64,000 bases of DNA from Christensenellales bacterium. GTDB lineage: Bacteria; Bacillota; Clostridia; Christensenellales; Aristaeellaceae. Positions 18,256 to 25,965 of this stretch are shown here, in pieces. The notes beneath the pieces were generated by a model. It saw only the letters and a program-made list of their open reading frames with translations, did no database searches and was not told the origin of the DNA. A program made the position numbers and the translations under genes. Numbering within the stretch: the stretch's first letter is position 1; every line of letters starts with the position of its first letter. Where the stretch lies: NCBI GenBank assembly GCA_045130815.1, contig JBGUQG010000143.1, positions 12,049 through 76,048 on the forward strand, read 5' to 3'.

Positions 18256-19539
18256 CTATATTGACTCCTTTTTTCCAGTTACATACTCAAATATCAGCGA
18301 CTTTTTATAGGTATCAAGGTCGGTCAAGAGTCTCTGCTTCTTCGCCGTAATTGTATCAATATCCTCTGCCTTTTGATTCAGGTATGCCACGATTTCCCTT
18401 TGTTCGTCCACTGGTGGATAAGGCATTGTGAAATTCAGAATTGTCGTGGAGTTTGTGCTTGCGAGGTGGACGCTTTGGTTGGCAGTTACGTCGAAGTAGT
18501 CCCTACCTACCGTTGAATCCGAAAGATAGCTGACATATTCAGCCAGCAATTTTTCATTGGTTCGCAGGGCAAACACATGGTTTTGATGGAGGCATGGGTT
18601 GATTTCCGCGTGCCATACCGTGCCGCGTCCGAGCTTATCCCGGTCACCGCCTTCGGTCATCAGCAATTCGCCTTCATGCAAGCGATACTTCTCGGCTTCC
18701 TCCTCGGTCACGGCGATTGTGGCAACATCCCGAAGATCGGTATAGAAACCCTGAACATTGGCAACCCGTAAATAAGGATATTCTACCAGCTTTGTGCCAA
18801 CCGGATATACCTTTCCCAGCGTTATACCTGATCTGATCGTCGCAAAGTATTTTAGCTTTGTCACTTGCCAATCACATGGGACCTCACCTATCCAATCAAC
18901 CCTGCTGTCCTTCATGGGGCGATTGGGGCGGATGCCTTTGGTGACAGCCTGCGTGATGACAGCCTGTTTCAGCTTCTTGTATTCCTCTATCGAAGCCCGA
19001 GTCTGCTCAATCACAGCATCAATGCGGGCACATTCAGCGTCAAGAAAATTCGCAATTCTTTCCTGCTCTCTATAGTCAGGAATAGGAACAGCAATACGTT
19101 TCATATCCTGCCAATTTGTTGTCCAAAGATCATCGACTATTCCATGACCCCACTTATAGAATTCATCCGAAAACATAGTGGAATGAAAAAGCCAATTATA
19201 ATACACAGGGTGCATTTCCCGGCGAGGGATCAGGATTGTATTTATCAGCGAAACTGAACCGTCATATTGCGATATGCCACAAGAACCGCGACGGTCTGAA
19301 CGGCTGTTTATGGCAAAATCACCTATACGCACCAACTTTCTATCGTCGTGCGCATCTGTCTTTGCAGCTGTGCTAAGCTGCGGTAGTATGCCTTTCATGG
19401 TTACAGACAATGGAGGGAAATCTCTGTCGCTGACCTTTTCTTTGCGTTCGGTGTACAGGTTTCCAATCCTGCCCACTTCCCACTCCTCCGGTATCTCTCC
19501 AATCCACGCGATCCCGGAATCCTTCATCGCTCGTGCCAT
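18256..19539 (-). CDS. hsdS: Type I restriction-modification specificity subunit
   Basis: 427 aa with two target-recognition halves separated by conserved helical spacers (...RIDAVIEQTRASIEEYKKLKQAVITQAVTKG... and ...TAKKQRLLTDLDTYKKSLIFEYVTGKK). AT-rich. Starts 3 nt after the hsdM stop. Confidence 0.9.
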   Translation of the reverse strand: MARAMKDSGIAWIGEIPEEWEVGRIGNLYTERKEKVSDRDFPPLSVTMKGILPQLSTAAKTDAHDDRKLVRIGDFAINSRSDRRGSCGISQYDGSVSLINTILIPRREMHPVYYNWLFHSTMFSDEFYKWGHGIVDDLWTTNWQDMKRIAVPIPDYREQERIANFLDAECARIDAVIEQTRASIEEYKKLKQAVITQAVTKGIRPNRPMKDSRVDWIGEVPCDWQVTKLKYFATIRSGITLGKVYPVGTKLVEYPYLRVANVQGFYTDLRDVATIAVTEEEAEKYRLHEGELLMTEGGDRDKLGRGTVWHAEINPCLHQNHVFALRTNEKLLAEYVSYLSDSTVGRDYFDVTANQSVHLASTNSTTILNFTMPYPPVDEQREIVAYLNQKAEDIDTITAKKQRLLTDLDTYKKSLIFEYVTGKKESI

Positions 19540-19542
19540 GGT

Positions 19543-21303
19543 TCAGCCCTCCTTATGGAACAGCGCCCGCAGGCTGCCGGAAATCTCCTGCTCCAGCGCC
19601 GTGATGCGCGCCATGATGTCCTCCACCGGCTCCGGGGCCTGATACTCGTAGAAGTAGCGCGTCATGGGGATTTCGTAGCCCACGGTGTCCTTCTTGTGGT
19701 CGATCCAGGCGTCCGGCGCGTAGGGCAGCACCTCCCGGGCAAAGTAGGCCTCCACGTCCTCCGATAGGGGCACGTTCTCGGTATCCCGCAGCTTGCTGTC
19801 CGCCACGGGCTTGCCCTTCTTCAGAACGGGCTTTCCATCCTCGCCCAGCAGCGGGCGCTCCACCGTGATCTTCGTGTAGCCGAAGGCCTGGGTGTCAAAG
19901 ATTTTGCTCTGGCAGTAGACTTTGTCCTTTTCTCCGTATATCGCGCCGTCCTCGAACGCGCCGTAGGCCTGGACGATCAGGCGGCGGCACAGGTCGGTGA
20001 TGTCGTTGCGCTTGGTGCCGATCGACTTGCGCCGGGGCTCATAGCAATGGCTGGCGTCGATCAGCTGCACCTTGCCGGCGCGGTGGGCGGGCTTGTCCTT
20101 GCACAGCACCCAGATATAGGTGGATATGCCGGTGTTCATAAACTGGTCGGTGGACAGCTGCACGATGGCGTCCAGCCAGTCGTTTTCCAGGATGTAGCGG
20201 CGGATCTCGCTGGGGCCGCTGCCCGCGTCGCCGGAGAACAGCGGCGAGCCGTTCTGAATGATCGCCATCCTGCCCTTCGGCGCCAGCTTCGCAAGGCCGT
20301 TCAGCACGAACAGCTGCTGGCCGTCGGAAATCTTCGGCAGGCCCGGCGAGAACCGGCCCAGCTCGCCCTTCGCGGCCTCCGCCTCCACCGCCTTCTGCTC
20401 CCGCTTCCAGTCGATGCCAAAGGGTGGGTTGCTGATGCAGTATTGGAAGGTGTAGCCAGGGAACTGGTCGTCAGACAGGGTGTCGCCGAACCGCATGTTG
20501 TTCGGGTCGCCGCCGCGAATCATCATGTCCGCCTTGGCGATGGCGAAGGTGGAGGGGTTGAACTCCTGGCCGAAGCAGCTGACGGTCATGTCGGCGTTCA
20601 GCTCGTGGATGCGCTCCTCCATGCAGGAGAGCATCTGGCTGGTGCCCATGGTCATGTCGTAGACGGTGACGTTGCCCGCGTGGGTCAGGTCCGCGTCGGA
20701 GAGCAGCAGATCGGTCATCAGATAGATGATGTCCCGGCTGGTGAAGTGGGCCCCGGCTTCCTCGCCGAAGGACTCGGAAAAGCGCCGAACCAGGTCCTCG
20801 AAGATATAGCCGCAGTCCACCGCGCTGATCTTCTCCGGGCCCAGATAGCCCTTGGGAGTGTTGAACTCCTTGATAACCAGGTACAGCGTGTTGCTCTCCA
20901 CCATGCGGCGGATCACCGTGTCGAAGTCGAACTTGGCAAGCACGTCCTGGACGTTGGACGAAAAGCCCGCCAGGTAGTCGCGGAAGTTGGCCTCGATGTT
21001 GTCCGGGTCGGCGAGCAGCCTGTCAAAGGTATATTTGCTGGTGTTGTAGAACTGGTAGCCGGAGGCGCGGGCCAAAAAGCCGTCCACCACCGCCAGGTGC
21101 TTCACCTTCGCGAAGGTGTCCTGCACCGCCTGCCACGTGGGCAACAGGCAGTCGTGAAAGCGCTTCACCACTGTCATCGGCAGGATCACCAGCCCGTATT
21201 CATGGGGCTTGAACGGACCGCGCAGCATGTCCGCCACATTCCAGATCATCGTCGCCTTCTCAGCGATATTCGTGCCGACCGCGCTGATTTTGTCGTTCGC
21301 CAT
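19543..21303 (-). CDS. hsdM: Type I restriction-modification N6-adenine DNA methyltransferase
   Basis: HsdM N-terminal domain (IWNVADMLRGPFKPHEYGLVILP) and catalytic NPPFG motif (ISNPPFGIDW). Start ATG at 21303 with a GGGGAG RBS. The longer track ORF start at 21405 runs into the promoter. Confidence 0.92.
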   Translation of the reverse strand: MANDKISAVGTNIAEKATMIWNVADMLRGPFKPHEYGLVILPMTVVKRFHDCLLPTWQAVQDTFAKVKHLAVVDGFLARASGYQFYNTSKYTFDRLLADPDNIEANFRDYLAGFSSNVQDVLAKFDFDTVIRRMVESNTLYLVIKEFNTPKGYLGPEKISAVDCGYIFEDLVRRFSESFGEEAGAHFTSRDIIYLMTDLLLSDADLTHAGNVTVYDMTMGTSQMLSCMEERIHELNADMTVSCFGQEFNPSTFAIAKADMMIRGGDPNNMRFGDTLSDDQFPGYTFQYCISNPPFGIDWKREQKAVEAEAAKGELGRFSPGLPKISDGQQLFVLNGLAKLAPKGRMAIIQNGSPLFSGDAGSGPSEIRRYILENDWLDAIVQLSTDQFMNTGISTYIWVLCKDKPAHRAGKVQLIDASHCYEPRRKSIGTKRNDITDLCRRLIVQAYGAFEDGAIYGEKDKVYCQSKIFDTQAFGYTKITVERPLLGEDGKPVLKKGKPVADSKLRDTENVPLSEDVEAYFAREVLPYAPDAWIDHKKDTVGYEIPMTRYFYEYQAPEPVEDIMARITALEQEISGSLRALFHKEG

Positions 21304-21340
21304 GTTCAGTCGCTCCCCCGTCTGTACTGTCATTAACAGT

Positions 21341-21369
21341 ATTATAACGGATCGGGCATACCCGGTCAA
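21341..21369 (-). promoter_or_regulatory. Near-consensus sigma-A promoter of the R-M operon (TTGACC, 17-nt spacer, TATAAT)
   Basis: Minus strand: TTGACC (21369-21364), 17-nt spacer, TATAAT (21346-21341), about 38 nt upstream of the hsdM ATG. Confidence 0.65.
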
Positions 21370-21452
21370 GGCCAGCGAGCCGCGGACAGGCGCGTCTGCG
21401 CACATAATATCTGCATCTCCGCAATCTTATGGTAGTCATCCGCGCCAGACTG

Positions 21453-21461
21453 TGCTATAAT
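21453..21461 (+). promoter_or_regulatory. Extended -10 promoter box TGCTATAAT
   Basis: TGTGCTATAAT lies 31 nt upstream of the ATG at 21492. Confidence 0.5.
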
Positions 21462-21491
21462 ACGGTAGCAAAAGCATGGGAGGACTGTACA

Positions 21492-21803
21492 ATGATCAAG
21501 ATCTACGGCATGCCCACCTGTCCCTATTGCGACTTCGTGCACGCGCAGGTCGCCGGGCGGGAGGACGAATTCCAGTACATCAACATCGGCGAGAACATCC
21601 GCAACTTGAGCGCGTTTATCCGGCTGAGGGACAGCGATCCCGTGTTCGATCACCTGAAGGCCGTCGGGGACGTGGGCGTTCCCGCCTTCGTGTTCGAGGA
21701 CGGCAGGGTGTCCGTGGACCCGGCGGACGCGGGGCTGGTGGAGTACGGCAGCGCGAACGCCTGCTCCGTCCAGGACCACAGGAGCGGCCGGAAGGGCTGC
21801 TGA
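21492..21803 (+). CDS. Glutaredoxin/NrdH-like thioredoxin-fold protein
   Basis: MIKIYGMPTCPYCDF with a CPYC redox motif. 103 aa with a Cys-containing C-terminal tail. Confidence 0.75.
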   Translation: MIKIYGMPTCPYCDFVHAQVAGREDEFQYINIGENIRNLSAFIRLRDSDPVFDHLKAVGDVGVPAFVFEDGRVSVDPADAGLVEYGSANACSVQDHRSGRKGC

Positions 21804-21828
21804 ACACATTCAACCAGGAGGAATGATC

Positions 21829-22200
21829 ATGCAGAAGATCCATACCGACAAGGCCCCCGCGGCAGTGGGGCCCTATTCCCAGGCGATGGCCACGGGCGGG
21901 CTGGTGTACACCTCCGGCCAGATCGCCCTGGACCCCGCCACCGGCGCGCTGGTGGGAACGACCATCGAGGAGCAGGCAGAGCAGGTGATGAAGAACCTGA
22001 CGGCCGTGCTGCAGGCCGCCGGCACCGGCCCGGAGAACGCGGTCAAGACGCTGTGCTTCCTGACGGACATGAACGACTTCGCGGCCTTCAACGCGGTGTA
22101 CGCCCGCTATTTTACCGGCAAGCCCGCCCGCTCCTGCGTGGAGGTCAGCGCGCTGCCCAAGGGCGCGATCTGCGAGGTGGAGGTCGTCGCGACGGTGTGA
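21829..22200 (+). CDS. ridA: RidA family reactive-intermediate deaminase (YjgF/L-PSP)
   Basis: KAPAAVGPYSQA and CVEVSALPKGAICEVE motifs. AGGAGG lies 8 nt upstream of the ATG at 21829. The track start at 21823 is too close to the RBS. Confidence 0.88.
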   Translation: MQKIHTDKAPAAVGPYSQAMATGGLVYTSGQIALDPATGALVGTTIEEQAEQVMKNLTAVLQAAGTGPENAVKTLCFLTDMNDFAAFNAVYARYFTGKPARSCVEVSALPKGAICEVEVVATV

Positions 22201-22235
22201 GCGATGGAAAACCGATACCGGCGGGAGGCATTGAA

Positions 22236-23120
22236 GTGAAGGCCTTTTACCACCTGCCGGGGCTGTTTGAGTTCCACGAATTGTACCGCGCCTTCCTGCC
22301 GCTGTTCTATGCGCACCGGGACTGGTTCTACGATTGGTGCGACATCGGCTCGATCTACGGATCCCCCGCCGACTGCCTTTGGGGCGGGGGCCGGGTGGGC
22401 TTCGGCGAGGCCCGGCCACAGGACGCGGCGGCGCTGACGAGGGAATACGGCATCTCCGCCCGGCTGACCTTCAGCAATTCCCTGCTGCGCCCGGAGCACC
22501 TGGCCGACCGGCGGTGCAACGCCCTGTGCGCGCTGTTCGAGCGCAACGGCCCGGTCAGAAGCGGCGTGATCCTCCACTCGGACCTGCTGCTGGACTATCT
22601 GAAAAAGCGCTATCCGGGGCTGTACTTCGTCTCCTCGACCACGAAGGTGCTCACGGACTTCCGCGCCTTCGAGGCCGAGCTGGACCGCCCCGAGTTCGCC
22701 TTTGTGGTGCCGGACTTCCGGCTGAACGCGGCCCGGGACAAAATGCTCTCCCTCGCCGCCGACAAAAGGCGCAGGGTGGAATTCCTGTGCAACGAGTGCT
22801 GCCGGTTCGACTGCGCCCGGCGCCGGGCCTGCTATGAGAACGTGAGCCGCAAGAACCTGGGCGAGGACTGCCCGGACCACGTGTGCCCGTCGAAGCGGGG
22901 CTACCGCTTCTCCGACGCCATGGAGAACCCGGGCTTCATCGGCATCGGCGACATACAGGGCTTCTGGCTGCCCGGCGGCTTTTCCCACTTCAAGCTGGAG
23001 GGCCGCAGCCTGGGCAGCGCCGTGGTGCTGGAAATGCTGCTGTACTACATGGCCAAACCGGAGTACCAGCTGAAGGTCCGGGAGGAAATCTACCTGGACA
23101 GCGCGCTGGATCTGTTTTGA
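22236..23120 (+). CDS. Hypothetical Cys-rich protein
   Basis: GTG start with GGGAGG about 8 nt upstream. 294 aa with a Cys cluster EFLCNECCRFDCARRRACYENVSRKNLGEDCPDHVCP that suggests a metal/Fe-S site. Family not recognised. Confidence 0.6.
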   Translation: MKAFYHLPGLFEFHELYRAFLPLFYAHRDWFYDWCDIGSIYGSPADCLWGGGRVGFGEARPQDAAALTREYGISARLTFSNSLLRPEHLADRRCNALCALFERNGPVRSGVILHSDLLLDYLKKRYPGLYFVSSTTKVLTDFRAFEAELDRPEFAFVVPDFRLNAARDKMLSLAADKRRRVEFLCNECCRFDCARRRACYENVSRKNLGEDCPDHVCPSKRGYRFSDAMENPGFIGIGDIQGFWLPGGFSHFKLEGRSLGSAVVLEMLLYYMAKPEYQLKVREEIYLDSALDLF

Positions 23121-23143
23121 ATGTCACATCGGGAGGACACGCT

Positions 23144-23944
23144 ATGAAGCTGACCATGCTGGGCACCGGCAACGCGCTGGTGACGGAGTGCTACAACACC
23201 TGCTTTCTGATGGAGGACGCGGGCCGGCTGCTGCTGGTGGACGGCGGCGGCGGAAACGCCATACTGCATCAGATCCGCCACGCAGGCTATGACTGGATGG
23301 ACATCCACCACATCTTCGTGACCCACAAGCACATCGACCACCTGCTGGGCGTGCTGTGGATGGTGCGCATGATCTGCCAGTTCATGGAGCACGGCGAATA
23401 TCAGGGCGAGGCCTGGATCTATTCCCACGCCGATATCCTGGCGCTGATCCGGGACCTGGCGGGCAAGCTGATCCAGAAAAAGGCCGCCGCGATGCTGGAT
23501 CAGCGGCTGCACCTGGTGGAGGTGAAGGACGGGGAAGCCATGCGGATCATCGGCCACGAATTCACGTTCTTCGACATACTGTCCACCAAGGCCAGGCAGT
23601 TCGGCTTCCGCATGGCGCTGGACGGCGACAGGACATTGACCTGCTGCGGCGACGAGCCGCTGAGCCCTGACCGGGAGGACTATGCCCGGGGCAGCGATTG
23701 GATGCTGCACGAGGCCTTCTGCCTGTATTCCCAGGCGGACGTGTTCGATCCCTACGAAAAGCACCACTCCACCGTGAAGGACGCCTGCGAGCTGGCCCAG
23801 CGGCTGGGGGTCAAAAACCTGCTGCTGTACCACACCGAGGACAGCAACCTTTCAAACCGGAGCGCGCTGTACCGGGCGGAGGGCGAGCGATACTACCACG
23901 GGAACCTGTGGATCCCGGACGACCTGGAGGTGATAGAGCTGTGA
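23144..23944 (+). CDS. MBL-fold metallo-hydrolase
   Basis: MKLTMLGTGNA start and HxHxDH motif (THKHIDHLLG). GGGAGGA RBS. Confidence 0.85.
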   Translation: MKLTMLGTGNALVTECYNTCFLMEDAGRLLLVDGGGGNAILHQIRHAGYDWMDIHHIFVTHKHIDHLLGVLWMVRMICQFMEHGEYQGEAWIYSHADILALIRDLAGKLIQKKAAAMLDQRLHLVEVKDGEAMRIIGHEFTFFDILSTKARQFGFRMALDGDRTLTCCGDEPLSPDREDYARGSDWMLHEAFCLYSQADVFDPYEKHHSTVKDACELAQRLGVKNLLLYHTEDSNLSNRSALYRAEGERYYHGNLWIPDDLEVIEL

Positions 23945-24624
23945 CGACGCAAGGGGATGTTCCCAAAATCTACCGGGTGATCGACCGGGAAAGCTATTAC
24001 CGCAGGGGCGTGTACCGCCACTTCACCGAGGACTGCAAGTGCTCCACCTCCATGACGGCGCGCGTCGACGTGACGGCGCTGGCGGCCCGCTCGAAGCGCA
24101 CCGGCACGAAGTTCTATATCAACTTCCTGTACCTGCTGGCGAAGGCGCTCAATTCCCGGGAGGACTACCGGATGGGCTATCTGTGGCAGACGGACGAGCT
24201 GATCTGCTACGACGTGATCCACCCCACCCAGTACGTGTTCCACGAGGACACCGAGACCTGCACCCCCGTCTACACCGCCTACTGCCCGGACTACGATGTC
24301 TTCTATACCGGCGCGGCCACGGACATCGAGCGCGCCAAATCGACCCGGGAGTACGGCCTGGATTCAGCCAACCACCCGAACTGGTTCGACGCCTCCTACA
24401 TCCCCTGGGTGTCCTACGACGCGATGAACCTCGAGCTGCCGGACGGCTACCTGTACTTCGCGCCCATCGTGAACTGGGGCCGCTACCGGGAGGAGGGCGA
24501 CCGGCTGATGATGCCGGTGAGCGTGCGCCTGAACCACGCCGTCGCCGACGGCTACCTGGTGGCCAACGTGTTCCGGCTGCTGCAGCGGGAAATCGATGCT
24601 TTCGCACGGGAGGCGGGGGCATGA
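23941..24624 (+). CDS. Chloramphenicol-acetyltransferase-family (type A CAT-like) protein
   Basis: GTG start overlapping the MBL stop (GTGA). About 227 aa. CAT-like features: YRRGVYRHF, TKFYINFLYLLAKAL and the catalytic-His region VSVRLNHAVADGY. Confidence 0.75.
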   Translation: MTTQGDVPKIYRVIDRESYYRRGVYRHFTEDCKCSTSMTARVDVTALAARSKRTGTKFYINFLYLLAKALNSREDYRMGYLWQTDELICYDVIHPTQYVFHEDTETCTPVYTAYCPDYDVFYTGAATDIERAKSTREYGLDSANHPNWFDASYIPWVSYDAMNLELPDGYLYFAPIVNWGRYREEGDRLMMPVSVRLNHAVADGYLVANVFRLLQREIDAFAREAGA

Positions 24625-25958
24625 GTCAAAAGGGCGTATTCGACACCGACCGGCTGGCGCCCGCCTATTTCAGGCTGGCGTTGCCGGTGGTGTTCAGCAT
24701 GGTGGTCACGCTGATCTACAACCTGGCGGACACCTACTTCATCGCCAGGACCGGCGACGCGATGCTGGTGGCGGGCGTATCGCTGTGCGCGCCGCTGTTC
24801 ACGGCACTGATGGCCCTGGGCAACATCTACGGCCAGGGCGGCAATTCGCTGATCTCCCGGCTGCTGGGCGGCGGCGACAGGGACAGCGTGCGGCGGGTCA
24901 GCGCGTTCTGCTTCTACGTGGCGATACTCACGGGCATCGTGATCGCGGTTCCGCTGCTGCTGCTGCGCCGCCCGGTGCTTGGCCTGTTGGGGGCCAGCGA
25001 AAACACCCTGGGCCACGCCGGGGCCTATTACACCGTGATCGTGGCCGGCGCGCCGCTGGTGATCCTCAGCTTCATCCACACCAACCTGATCCGCAGCGAG
25101 GGCCTGTCCACGCTGTCAATGGTCGCGACGGTGTCCGGATCGCTTTTGAACATCGCGCTGGACCCGATCTTCATCAGCGCCCTGGGCTGGGGCGCGCGTG
25201 GCGCGGCCCTGGCCACGGTGCTGGGCTACGCGCTGACGGACGCGCTGGGCATACTGTTCGTGCGGACAAAGTCCTCGGCGCTGTCGGTGGATGTGCGCAG
25301 GGCCCGCGTGCGCCGGGGCGAGCTGGGGCAGATCCTCAGCGTGGGCATTACGGCGGCCATCACCAACATCGCCACCAGCGTGTGCCTGGTATTCATGAAC
25401 CAGTTCCTGCTGGCTTACGGCGACGAGAAGATCGCCGCGCTGGGCATCGTGCTGAAGGTGACAATGGTCGTGCAGCTGATCCTGGTGGGCTTCTCCTTCG
25501 GCGGCGTGCCGCTGTTCGGCTACCTGTACGGCGCGGGCGAAAAGGAGAAGCTCAAAAAGCTGCTGCGCTTCTGCACGGTGTTTTTGTGCGGCCTGGCGTT
25601 GGCGGAATCGCTGATCGTGTTTTTGCTGGCGGGCCCGCTGATCCGCGGGTTCATCACCGATGCCGCCATCATAACAGGCGGCACGGTCATGCTGCGCTGG
25701 CAGATCTGCGGTATGGCGTTCTGCGCCGTGGTGCTGCTGTACACCTGCCTTTTCCAGGCCAGCGGCCAGGCGCTGCAGGCACTGGCCCTGTCCCTCAGCC
25801 GCCAGGGGCTGATCTTCCTGGCGGTGTTCGCCGTGGCGACGCTGATCTGGAGGTACGAAGGCTTCCTGGTCAGCCAGCCCGTCTCCGACGCCCTCAGTGC
25901 GGCGCTGGCGCTGTTGCTCTATCATAAAACATTCAAAAAAACGATGAATCGAGCGTGA
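24621..25958 (+). CDS. MATE family efflux transporter
   Basis: ATGA overlap with the CAT-like gene. 12-TM hydrophobic profile. N-terminus ...YFRLALPVVFSMVVTLIYNLADTYFI is typical of MATE/NorM. Confidence 0.85.
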   Translation: MSQKGVFDTDRLAPAYFRLALPVVFSMVVTLIYNLADTYFIARTGDAMLVAGVSLCAPLFTALMALGNIYGQGGNSLISRLLGGGDRDSVRRVSAFCFYVAILTGIVIAVPLLLLRRPVLGLLGASENTLGHAGAYYTVIVAGAPLVILSFIHTNLIRSEGLSTLSMVATVSGSLLNIALDPIFISALGWGARGAALATVLGYALTDALGILFVRTKSSALSVDVRRARVRRGELGQILSVGITAAITNIATSVCLVFMNQFLLAYGDEKIAALGIVLKVTMVVQLILVGFSFGGVPLFGYLYGAGEKEKLKKLLRFCTVFLCGLALAESLIVFLLAGPLIRGFITDAAIITGGTVMLRWQICGMAFCAVVLLYTCLFQASGQALQALALSLSRQGLIFLAVFAVATLIWRYEGFLVSQPVSDALSAALALLLYHKTFKKTMNRA

Positions 25959-25965
25959 TGACATC

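Noticed and set aside
14586-21405. Phase-variable (shufflon-type) type I R-M system, or an R-M island with an integrase
   Set aside because: There is only one hsdS gene, with no inverted hsdS fragments and no recombinase or integrase nearby. The island is flanked directly by the argD terminator and a housekeeping-looking promoter.
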